NCBI GenBank assembly: GCA_025594325.1
Contig: JANHCV010000008.1
Coordinates: 1,426,001 to 1,490,000, forward strand
DNA from: Blastocladiella emersonii ATCC 22665
Lineage: Eukaryota > Fungi > Blastocladiomycota
Direction of reading: 5' to 3'
DNA length: 64,000 nt
A program made the position numbers and the translations under genes. Position 1 is the first letter of the stretch. Every line of letters begins with the position of its first letter. This document shows positions 33,062-44,597 of this stretch, piece by piece. The notes under the pieces are model-generated. The model was given only the letters and a program-made list of their open reading frames with translations, did not search any database and was not told the origin of the DNA.

Positions 33062-34464
33062 ATGAAGACTTCATGCAACATAAAGCGCGAACCCGAATTC
33101 GCACGAGCGCGTGAACTTGCGTCGATTTATGAGCGGTCGCGAAAAGCGCCCATGGACGACGGCGAGCGGCGGCTGGTCCTGACTGGGGTCGGGTGTCACA
33201 TGGTAGAGCTGCGCCTACAATGCATCCGGGGCGCACTGAGAAAGCGAATCGATGGCGCCAATGCCCCCTCACTGGCCACGCTCGAGCCGCTGAAGATCGA
33301 GCTCAAGGCTCTTCATCAGCTTTACGCAGAGCTGGAGCAACACCCACTGCCGAGTTCAGCCTCTTCCACGTCCTCCGGTAATGCGTTACCGACGCGCACG
33401 GCTGCTCCGCCGAGTTTGGCCACCTCGCTCACCTCGCTTCCCATACCAAAGCTTCCTCGCGCGCGCGGCTTGCCTCGCGACCAGGTCCACGCGTGCAATA
33501 CAAAGCTCTACGAGACGCTTCGCAACAAGGGACCCGTCTTCATGACCATCAACCAGGGTCCCCGCCGCCAGCCTGTCGCCAAAAACACTGCCGAGTTTGC
33601 AACGCTCCTCAAGCGATGCGTGCCTGACGTGCCGCTCGCCGCCCTCCTCCTCCGAGCGAGCTCAACCGTGCCGAGCGAGCTGTACCAGTGCTACGCGCCC
33701 TTCTTGCGCGAGTCCATGACAGTCGACGAAACGGTCCGCTCCCTGTTCTTGAAGGTTTCGGACCCTACATGGAAGGCAAATTGGAAACAGCGGTGGCTCG
33801 CGACAATTCCCGAGCCCGGCGAAACCGTGGGTCAGTACTTCAACCGATTCTGTCGTGTGCTTGACGAGGTTGTCGACGTCAACGCCAGCTTCAAGGACCA
33901 GCGCCATATCAAGCACATCTTTCAGGACAAGATTTTCCTGGCGTTTGGCAACCTGGCGTGGCAAATGGGAATGTTGGTCGGTAACTGGAACGCGACCGTC
34001 GATACCATGGCCGACACGTGGCGCGACGTGGTGGTCCCCGACCTCTCGGCGAGCACCACGTCTGCCGACGGCACGCCCGCATCGGCACTCGCGTACTCTT
34101 GCGACTTTTGTAACCGTTTCGATGAGCTCCGCGCTTCGTGCCTCGACCACCAGATCGCAGCGTGCCCCGAGCTCAAAAACCTCAGCCGCATGCGCAGACC
34201 GTCGTTGACGCCTATCGCGTCGCTGGATTGCGGTTACCGGTGTTGCCGAACCATTTCCCCTCGCTGACGGAGATCATGCGGTTCACCACCGTCGCGCTGC
34301 GAGCACTTTCATCCAAGTCTGGCGCGAGCGCTGGCCGCGAGACGAGCCGCGTTATCACGCGCGGATGTGAGATTCTTGCGACGCTCCTCTACTTGCCGCG
34401 CGGAATGCGACCTCAAGTGATGGAACGGTTTTGGAAGCTAGTGCGCGACATGGATAAACAATGA
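33062..34464 (+). pseudogene. Family D gag-like paralog, one frameshift near 34185
   Basis: FLRES..DPTW..EPGETVGQYF..CDFC..H..CPEL, then in the next frame CEILATLLYLP, matching CEILAGLLALP of 13493-14998. Confidence 0.7.
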
Positions 34465-34598
34465 AGGTACTTGCTGAGCGAATATAGTAGTGATACAAGC
34501 GGTGATTGACGCGCACCGTCGCGAAGGGAGGAAGGTTGAACAACAGGAAGCGTATATTGTGTCGATAACAAATTTACGAGTTCCGTCTCGTCCGACTA

Positions 34599-36360
34599 TC
34601 AGAATTCATCAGCAGACTCGTTAGACTCAGACTTGGACTCGCCCTTGCCAAACTTAGGCATCGGCACCGCGGTGCGACTGATCAGCTTTTCAGCCGCCCA
34701 AGTCGCGACCGTGTTGACATACGCGCGGTCGGATCGGTGAGCAACGGGCACCTGCGTGCCCTGATGGAAGCGACACTCAGCCAACGCATTGATCTGCGGG
34801 AAGTAATCATAGAGCTTACCAGGCGTGGATTCAAACAGCTTCGCAAGCGGCACATCCGGGTCAAGAATGAAGCAGTCAGCCGTGATCCGCACAAGCGCAG
34901 GTTGGAAGTCCTCGCGTAGCGGGATGACGAAAGCGGAGGTGTCCGTTGCAGGAGGAGATACGTTGGCATGGTCGTAGACATCATTGAGAGTAACATCCAT
35001 GTCGCAGTCGATCACGATGCGAGGTTTTTTTCGGGCAAAAGTGAATGATGCCGAAGCGATCAAACTTGTCCTCGACCATCGCTGAGTCAAAGATCAAGTG
35101 GACGCGGAGCTTTTTGACCCTCGGGATCAGCGGGGCGGGGTGTGAGACGATTTGAATATGGCTCAGAACCGAATCCACGTCGGCAAGAAGCAGGTCGGCC
35201 GGAACAACCACACTTTGTTCATCATGAGCCACCAAGTCCGTCTCGCGCTCCGAAGCGCCGGCTGAATCAAGGTCAGCGGAAGTCGACATGAGCGGAGTAT
35301 GGAAAGCATCGACCGGGCTAGCACAAGCAGCCGTATCAGCCGAGACAGGAGTATCGCTAGCGATGTCCCCTAGTTCAATCAAGTCGGAACCAAGTCCCGT
35401 CGCGGACCCCATAAGTCCCTCGCATGAAGACATTTCAACAGGCTCGGAAACAACCAAGTGGACTTTGATAGGCTCCTCGAACTTGAGCTCGAGCTGCTCG
35501 AAAGGGGAGCCGCACGAATCAGCGAGTGTCGGGACAGGGGTCGCGGACTCCTTGGACGAAAGCACGGCCACGGACTTGGGAGTAGCCAAGCAGGTTTCGG
35601 CAGGCTCCTCGATCTGGACGGTTGATGACTTGAGCTGCTCGAGAGAAAAGCCCCAGTAATCACTACCGCAGGTTGAATGAAACACATCGTAGCCCGTTTT
35701 GAGTCCGCGGTCCGCAGACGAAGCTGAAGAAGCAACTTCGACGCGCAGTTCGATATTCTTTGGAGCCTCGGTGGCGCCGCACGAGTCAAAGGAGCTGTGA
35801 TGCGACATCAAATCGTCACACGACACAAGGTTTTCGCTCGCGGAAGTACAAGCCGTGGGAGAACTCGGCGCTGGTTGAACAAGATCGTCAGTCGTACCCG
35901 AGGCGACGGGGGAGTGTGTGTCAGACGCTTGATTGAGGAAGTCCGGGTCCGCCGAGCCAGTTGCGCGGGAGATCGAGAGCGCAGCGGTACAGATCGAGGT
36001 CCAGATATCTGAACCACTCAGGTGGTGAGCATGAGCCCGCAAGCGAAGCGCAGGCGCGAGGTCAGATCGAACGTGGGAAAGCGCAGCCAGGTGCCACATG
36101 CGTGACGGAAGGCCGAGCGAGATAAAATCAAGCTCGAGAATCTGGGCCCACACTGTCGGGTCGACTTCGGCGCTGAGACAGCCGAGGGTCGGAAGTAAAA
36201 GCGTTTGCGCCGCGCGGAACACGGCAAAGTCGCCGCTCCGACTCTCTGGAAGCTCGGGAGGACTCGCGGCCGAAAGTCCGCGCGGCGCTGTTGACGGCGG
36301 GGCACCGTCGGGCCAAGGTACCCAAGCGTGTTGCATAGAGTCTGATCCATGAGATGCCAT
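34599..36360 (-). pseudogene. Family C copy 1, unknown protein; frameshift near 35010-35050
   Basis: WAQILELDFISLGLP..WHLAAL, a Ser/Thr/Pro-rich linker, then LRVHLIFD..MDVTLNDVY..DCFILDP; tandem paralog next door. Confidence 0.65.
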
Positions 36361-36477
36361 TTTGCAGCGCGTTGTGATGCGGAGAGCGGGGAGCGAGTGC
36401 GACGGCGCTATGTGTTGGGGATGACCAAGTCACGCCACGTGACGCCACGTCGACCTGAACAACGCGCCCACGCCACT

Positions 36478-37995
36478 TCAGCCAGCGCCGCTGCCGCAAC
36501 CCTCGTGAATCACTCCGCGTCGCCGGTGAAGAGCTAAATGCGAATGTATACTAGTCAAGGGACCCAATGAATTACTTCCTGGCGAGATCTTGCAGGGGTA
36601 TCCGCGGAACCCGGCGACATCCTCTTTGACCTTGGGCGGGTTCTCATCAAACTCGGGCATTGGCCGGTGCTCGTGGTAGACCAGCGTTTCGCGCTTCTGG
36701 GTCCGCGATGAAGCAGTCGTCCGAAAGCCGCACGAGCTCAAGTTTGACGCCCTTGCGAACGGGAAGGAACCACATTGAATCCTGAACCGAAGGTAACTTG
36801 GTGCACTTAATTCTCTCGTAAATTTGGTTTAGTGTGACGTCCATCGCGAAGGAACCCGTAAAGCGCGTCCGCCAGTTGAATTGGTCTATAGTCGTTTGTG
36901 AGTCCATGATCACATGCACGCGTAAGGTCTTGGCGCTGCTCGTAGCCGCTGGGACCTCGTGAGCGACGACAGTGGGAGGTGTGGTGGTTGTTGGAGCCGG
37001 ATTTGACGGTGACTCGGTCGTTGATTCAACGCGGGAGGGACTTTTGCAAGCTTGGACAGGCGGTTTCGAGTCAAGCGATCCAGCATCCTCTTCCGCTTCG
37101 AGCGAGAGCTTTGAATCGAGAATGGGCGCAGCTTTCTTATCAGGTATAGCCGAAGTTTTGCTGAATTGGACAAAAACATCCAACGCGGCTGCTTTCTGCG
37201 GCGCGTCGCTTGTGGATGTGACGAATTCAATCGGAGTTGAAGGCGCTACAGTGTCACTGTGACCGTCACTTGATTCTGAGACCGCGCCTTCCATAACGGC
37301 ACGACATGAGTCGAGCAATTCGAGCGTGGTAGCACTTTTGGGCTGTGAATCGTCAGTGCAACCGGGAGAGCAACTAGGATCAAAAGCATCGCCGCCGATC
37401 AATTCCAAATCATTGCAAGGTGGTGATGCATCGTCATGAAGAGAACGTTCGACCGAATTAGCAGCTGCGATTGGTGAGCCGACGCCTTCATTCCTCGTTT
37501 CATCGTCCCGGCCCACCGAAGGTGCGGTACCGACGACCTGCTCTGCATGGTCCGCGCCAAGTGTCGCGCCACTCGATTTCCCGAGCTCGAAAACAGCTGC
37601 GCGGTCCACGCGTCGGTCCTGACTGAAGCAATTTGGTACGCGCGCACGCGAAGTTGATGTGCAAGTTTAGGCTGGTCGTGATGAAGCGCGGCGAGATGCC
37701 ACAGGTGTTGCGGAAGGCCGAGCGCGGTAAAGTCAAGCTGGAGAATCTGCGCCCATGTGTCCGAGTCTAGGTCAAAGTCGTGAGCACCCAAAACTGGATG
37801 AACCAGCTTGCGCGCCTCGCGAAGCGCTGCGAGATTGTCGTGCAGCGTGGTGACGAGAGAATCAGTCGTGGTCGAAGCTGAGCCGGGTCCAGGATAGTAT
37901 CCACCTGCGTAGTACGAGTGACCGGGAGGATGCGATAGAGCTTCTGCTGTAGCAGCAGGGCAGGATGCGTTCGCAGGGGCATGGGCAGCAGCCAA
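36478..37995 (-). pseudogene. Family C copy 2 (tandem duplicate); two frameshifts
   Basis: WAQILQLDFTALGLP..WHLAAL (37399-37995) and LRVHVIMD..MDVTLNQIY..DCFIADP (36647-37609). Confidence 0.65.
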
Positions 37996-38326
37996 GTCGG
38001 TTTAGAGTCTATGCGGTTCCGCCGAGTCTGACAAGTCGCGAGTCCATGGCGTCCACGGATCTTGCATAGGGTCCCATCTATCAGTTCTCATTTTATTGCG
38101 AGGATGCGAGCAAGGCTGAAAGCTGGACTCCGCGACGCGTCATGAGAAACGCGCGTGAAACGCAGTCACGTGCGGCGCGAGACATTTTTCTATCCCGCCT
38201 TAGTCGCATGAATTGGGGGCGTCCTTGCATGCTGTGCAGCAGTTCGCTGTCGAGTGAGCGAAGGCATATGAGGATCAGAAACCTGCTTCGATACATGTAC
38301 ATCGCTCAGCTCGCGCGGCACAGACA

Positions 38327-41322
38327 CTACTCCAGCGGGTTTTCCTCGTCCTCGGCGGCCGCCAGCCCGCCCGCTACCTCCTCACCATTGGCAATCAAAT
38401 CGAACGTGGCCGCGTGCCGCTCCTTGAACCCATCCCACCCTTGCATCGCGGTCGTGCCAGGGACGAGGTGGACCGCACCGGTATCGCTGCGCACGCGCTT
38501 CGCGAGTCCAGCCACCCCATTCCCGTCCTCCTGCCCGGGTGAGTTCGCGAATACGAGCGCGGGCGGCGAGCAAGCGATGTCGAGCGCGGCAGACGATGTG
38601 ACGTTGGCGCACGCGAACTCGAGAATGACGCGGACCGCTGGGACCAGGCCGGGCTTCGCCGCGATCTCGCGCGTTGCGGCGACCGCGCGGTCCGCGACGG
38701 CCGGGTCCGTGAACGCCATCACGTACGCGGCAGGCGCCGGGCGGATTTTGGCGCACCGGCGCGCTGAACCGGCGGCCGCGCACGCCGGGTACTGGGCCCG
38801 CACGCGCGAGCGGTGCAGGAGCGGGGCGAAGAGGGAGAGTGGGTGCGCGTTGAGCGTTGCGCGCAGGTCCGTGAGCGTGGAACTGCGGCTGTGCGGTGAG
38901 GCGGTGGAGTCAGACGCGGCCGTCACGCGAGACTCGACGGCCTTGTTGTAGCGCAAGTCAGTGAGGCCGTCGGGGGAGACCGCCGCCGCGAACCAGTGCA
39001 GCGCGCGCGTCCAGGGATTGAGGGGCAGACGGCTGATCGCGATCATGATCTGCACCTTGGGCGTACCCGCTGGCAGGCTGATGTTGGGCTTGGCGAGCGC
39101 CGCTGCGAGGTTATCAGCGACGCACGCAAGAACTACAATCAGGCGGTGCAAGGCCACAATGGTCTTTGACAAGGTGCCCAATCTGGCCAGCTTGTGACCG
39201 ATCGAAGTTTCGGTTGCCGTGCTCACGTGTTCCCAAATGGTCTTGTACTGATCGAGGGACCGCGACTCGGAGAGGAGCGGCGTCAGGTCAAAGGTCGTCA
39301 CCGTGGTGTGGAATCCGCACATGATCTCGGCAAACTGGTCGCGCGTCGTTGGATTGTCAAGTACACGCTCAATGCAGCGCAGGTTCGTCAGTGCCACAAC
39401 AGAAGCAGTCGTTGCGACCGGGTGGCGGATCGGGCAGAGGCAGAGGAGTCGCGCAACTTCCCCGAAAATGGGCTCAATAATCGCCTTGAGAGCAGCCTTG
39501 GGACCGATTGTTGGCGGAGTGGGAGAATCGACCACATCCGCAGCGGCTGTATCGGAATCTGCCGCTGGCGAATCGGTGGCGGCTGAAGTTGAGGGCAAGG
39601 TATCGTGATGAACAGCAGCAGGTTCGTGTTGTACAGGCGTTGACGAAGAACTTGGGTCGCCGACGCGCATCCGTTTCGCTGGCCGCCCCACAGGCGGCAA
39701 ATCGACCACGGCCTCCAGCGCAGATAGTGCGAGTGATCCGGTGACCACGGGGAAATGGTCGCGCAGATCAGCAATACCATGGGCTAAGTTGAAAGTCGCG
39801 GGCGGCGGCATGAAATGCTCGCGGATCGGCCGAAGTGGGACCAAGGCAGTGACTGCAAGCAGTGCGAGGAGAGTGTTGCGATGGTCGGGAGTCCGAGTTG
39901 GAGTGACCATGGTCGGAAACAGGTCGTCCCGCACATCGGACCGTGCTGAGTTGGACGCCGAATCCGCCAAAAGCCGCTGCGATTCACCAAACGACGGTGC
40001 ACATCGTTCAGGAGTAGGAAGCTCCTGCGCAAAGAAAGGCGCAGCAAAAGATTCGGCATCAGACGCCGGACGTGCCGAGTTCAGAGGCGCAGGATGCGAC
40101 CGCCCATCATGTTGTTGCGCGACAAAGCTCGAGTCATGTCCCAACTACACAATAAATGTCGGTCAGCAGCCGCGGCTTGAGCGACCAAAACGATGCAACG
40201 CACCAAGTTCGTAGACAGCGGCGTCCACGGCGCAAGATCGCCCACATGCGAGGCGTCAACTGGTTCGGGTGAAGAACAAGCGAAGCCAAGAGAGCCGCCG
40301 AGGTCTGGTGACGAAACGGTTGCGGCTCCGTTTCCAAGTTGGCAAGTTTGCGGAATCGCCGGACACGCGGCTGAGAGTGTGTCCGTGCACTTCTCCGCAA
40401 GAGAACTATCCGCACAGCTTGCATGTTTGGGCGTTGTGGGAGCAGGAGACGTCTGAGCGTCCGTGCCGAAACAATACTTGACCGCATTGTGGAATAGCTC
40501 CAGCCTCGCTGAAAGCTCATTGCTAAGTGGCCGCACACGTTCCGCTGACGCAACAAGCGGCGGAAGCATCGCATTGAAGGCCAAAACACGCAGATCGTGT
40601 CCCCAGTCGCTTGGCGTAATTGACTCGAGCGGGTCTCTGCACGCACCCATAGCCGAGTGTACCGCGTCGAGATTTGCAAGCAATTGTTCGAGTCCGTGAA
40701 AGAAGCCCGCCGCGTCGACCCACTCCTCGCGGGGTGCAACATTGAAAAGGACCGGCTCGGTTCCAGCAGCCTCCGCGATCATGTTCCGCAAAAAGTCCTC
40801 GCCGGCGCCATCGGTCGGATGCCCCGCGCGGAAGATGCAGAATGCAGGCATACCACCGTTCGGGCTGCGATGCACGCTGACCAGCGTGATCGCGGCACGT
40901 TTTTCGCGAACACACGGGAAGACAAGCAGCTCGTGCGTGACGCGCAAGTTACCCGCGATCCAACGCGCGAGCGGCGAGGGCGACGGCTTGACCGCGGAGG
41001 GCGGCTGTAGGGACCGCAGATGGGCATCGACAAAGTCTTGTTCCAGCAACTTGACGGGCGCGACGAGGATGCGAGCGCGGGCGGCAGAATGAAGCGACTT
41101 GAAGATCGTCTGGGCGATAAAGTTGGCAAGCGCCAGAGTCAAGGAGCATTGCGAGGGAGCATCAGGTAAATAAGCATGAAGGTCGTTCAATTCAACTGCA
41201 GAACCAGCCACCGCACGGCGGTGGCGAGCGGTCGAGGCCTGGTGCGCGTCGAGCAGGTTGACGATTTCCCGCGCGAGCGCGACTTGACGTTTCACGGCGG
41301 CAACGCGTCAGATCAAGTTCAT
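38327..41322 (-). pseudogene. Family A copy 3, about 1000 aa; TGA at codon 5 and one frameshift near 40100-40200
   Basis: ATG at 41322 with in-frame TGA at 41310-41308; N-domain in 40081-41295, C-domain in 38327-40144; colinear with copy 2. Confidence 0.75.
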
Positions 41323-41440
41323 AAAGGCAATTGCATGTAGCTACATACGCGGATCGGGCTTCATGGTGACGATTTTTGTTGGCAGGACTGAACGTGCGCA
41401 ACCGACGCGAAAGGAGGTGCGCTCGCTCATGCCGCCACCG

Positions 41441-41475
41441 TCACGTGGAGCCGGTGTGATATCGAAACGCGTCTC
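41441..41475. promoter_or_regulatory. Conserved 35-bp upstream element of family A
   Basis: TCACGTGGAGCCGGTGTGATATCGAAACGCGTCTC, 3 mismatches to the 10536 copy, about 119 bp upstream of the ATG. Confidence 0.6.
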
Positions 41476-41859
41476 GCGTGTCAAGCTTAGCGGTTCGTAC
41501 CTCGCCCGTTGCACTTCGAGGTCAGCCATGGAATAAGCGTTGTAGCAATCGCAGCAGACCACGATGGCTATCCAGCGTTCGCACCGCAGGCTGTCATCAC
41601 TGGACGCGGACGCGCGTGGAGCAACGCCGCACCAAGACTGTTCAGCCTGCCGTGGCCTCCCTGAATATTCTCATTCGAACGACAGAACATTTTCAAGGCG
41701 CAAACCACTGTAAATATTTTATTGCTATAATCAGATCCACTCACTCATCATCACTCCAAGCCGCCCGAGTTCATCGTGTGAGTTGCACAGTTATCCAAGG
41801 CGCAAAAGACTGCGTTATACCGCATTATTAATTTCCAGTGCCCTAGGGCTCACCCGATC

Positions 41860-42200
41860 CAGACAGAATTTGCTGATACTGTTTGTCGTTGATGAGGCGC
41901 GCGTCAAGGAACTCTTTGACGAGGAGAGGATCCAGGTTGACCTGCAAACGAAACACCTCGCACGCCGCAATCTGGGCGAGAGTCATCCGCTTCCATTGGA
42001 GCGATTCATGGACGCGGCGGTCAAACCGCTGGAAGACGGTAAGGAAAGTCTTGGGATCCGTTCGCTGGCCAAGGGCGAGATAGTGATGGCCGTTGCCAAG
42101 CGTACGCGGATCATCTGGGCGCCAACCGTAGGTACGTTCAACAAGTTCGGCGTCCCAGAGTACGATCCCATACGGACTTCGAGCTTGGGGCGATGCTCCG
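41860..42200 (-). pseudogene. Family B C-terminal fragment
   Basis: YGWRPDDPRTLGNG..DPKTFLTVFQRFDRR matches RGWDPSDPRTHGDG..DPERILAVYQCFDKR of 44598-45929. Confidence 0.6.
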
Positions 42201-42577
42201 TCGTGAATCGAGGAGATCTTTGAGGAAACGTGCGCCATCGAGGCTAAGCGGTGGGGCAGTGACGAGCTCGAGAATGTGATCGTTCCAGCGGCGGACTCCA
42301 ATTGTCCTACGTACGTGGAGGAGAGGAATTGTTGTGGGTTGGGCGGCGGAAGCCTCGTGATTTGGGTCGGGGACAGAAAACCAACGACATCAGCTGACGT
42401 GGCGTGAGTGGCGTTGCGCGTCGAGCGAGTGCATCCAGGGGGACTTAGCCCCCCTGGTGCATCGCGCCGCGTCGGTGTCCTTCCGTCCACGTTAGTCGGT
42501 GTGTTCGAAGAGCAAAGTGCGTCAAAAAGTTGTAACTTAAGATTCCCCGGAGTCAAGGCTCAACGACCCTCCACGCG

Positions 42578-42647
42578 GGCGTCAATTTACATACACTGTA
42601 GCTGTCTACCCTGGCGTCAATTTACATACACTGTAGCTCTCTACCCT
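42578..42647 (+). repeat. 35-bp tandem duplication
   Basis: GGCGTCAATTTACATACACTGTAGCT(G/C)TCTACCCT twice. Confidence 0.9.
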
Positions 42648-42808
42648 GGCACTCGACTCGGATATCGATAGAACAAATCAAAGAAAAAGAAATGCTGGTA
42701 CTAGGGTGACACAACGAAATGTGCAAACAAACTGATGCGAAAAGGCGGTGGGAGGCCAGCATTCAAACGACCATCCTGCCCAAGTTGACCGAGATCCTGT
42801 TGCTGTGA

Positions 42809-44102
42809 TCAAGCAAGCTCTTCCAGACTCAGATCAATAGGCTCGAAAGCGCGGCCGTGCTCGCTCGTCGCCCCGTCAGGCATACCGTACAGCCCCAGCC
42901 GGCGGAGCTCCTGCATGACCTGCGGCTCAGGCGGACTCGCGCGCACCGCTAGCGCGATAAGCCACCGGTTCCGCTGAATTCCAGCAGAGTTGTTGGCTCT
43001 TGGTAGGCTGCGTCAAAACATTCGAAGATGGCCATGTAAAGCTCGCAGTTGTTGGCCTCGTACAGTAACGGACCGCAAGTATCGCCGCGTCTAAGCGCTC
43101 GCGGTCGCGGGTCGTCGCGGTGCCAGCCGTGCTCGAGAAGCCAGCGGTACACTTGGCGGACGCTGTCACCGGTGAGGTACGGCGAGCGGATCCGCTGCTC
43201 GGTGAAGAGGTATGACTTCTGTGAGTCGAGAAAATCGTCAACGAAACGTGTGCCGTCGAAGCCAAATCGCGGGCCAGTGATGAGTGAGAGGGCGCAAGCA
43301 TTCCAGCGTCGAATGGCAACTGTCGCGAGTACGTCAAGCAAAGTCGGGGAGATCGGGCGTATGCCTTGGCCAAGTTTGTGGTCCCCGGGCAGGTCAAGGG
43401 ACCGGTAGCTGGCCGCAATCGCGTTCCAAACGACTGGGTCGACGGGAGCCAAGAGAAGACCAGGAGCTTGCTGAGAAAGTTCGCCAAGGAGGTGCTCGAG
43501 CAGGTCCAGCTCGTTGATGGCCGTGAGGAAGAAGCAGAGCATGCACGAGAGCGCGGCATATGAGGTTGGCGCGGGTCGCGGTTTAGGCCGGATGGGAACC
43601 ATGGAAAAGGGTGTGTCGTTCTGAAGTTCTTGCGTGAGCTTTTTCAGCAGATCAGAAGTAAAAGAGGAGCGAGATTTCGTTGGCAAAGGATCGAGCGAGA
43701 TGCTGCGTAAGCGTTTCAGTCGGGGAAAGCGTGCTGGCGGCGCGCCGAGCGACGGATGCAAGGAAGACAGGCGAGAGTCTGTGGTAACCTGGCGAGGGAG
43801 GCTGACTCGACAGGTAGCTATGCGCGAGGGCGTTCAGCGCCGTGCAAGTGTCCCGGAACGCGCTCGGTCTGAGGCGAAAATGTGAAGTCCAAAGCGAGAT
43901 CGTCAAACTCGTTGTCAGCGTGCGTGAGGAGCACACGAGTGGTCCACATGATGACAGGAGCCTCGACGGTTGCGTCAGCGAGGGCGCGGGACGCGGCAGG
44001 AACGACGCTGCGGGTCTCGACCAGCTGAAGAATCTTGGTCCCGATCAGCGGGATGTGGAGCAAGTCGCATAGGTTCGGTTGCATCAAGTCCATTTGCTTC
44101 AT
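42809..44102 (-). pseudogene. Family B member with frameshifts
   Basis: MKQMDLMQPNL start at 44102, continuing via 42949-43761 and a final frame (ELRRLGLY) ending at 42809. Confidence 0.7.
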
Positions 44103-44597
44103 GGCGGGTGTGGAGAGTCGGTCCGGGCCAGAAAGAGCGGCGGGCTCGTCAAGCGAAGGCGAAAGCGACGCGGTCGGCCCGGGCGTGGCTTGAGCGCAGC
44201 GTGACATGTCTCGCGACGCGTCTCGCAGCAGCTAGTCCCGCTGGTCGCTGCATCCCTGCTCTCAGCAAACTTGCTGAGCGAGGTCAGCATTTTAATACGT
44301 CTTCATTCCAAGTTTAGCAGCTTTCATCCCGCAACCTGCTATGTACCACGTCACAGTAGGTTTCTCAGCGACGCAACGCGTCTCGCGACGCGTCTCGCGA
44401 GCAGCTTTTCCTGTCAAACATGCAGGCGCATCCGAGTATAAAAACCTGCGACTAATGAAGTTGCAGTATACTATTAGACTTTGAGAAATTGATTCATCGA
44501 CTCGCGGAACCAAGAACGCGGACGCAGACCATGATGGGCGGCCACTCTCATTGTCCTCGGACGCGTCAGAATCATCCGTGTCATCCAAAACCACATC

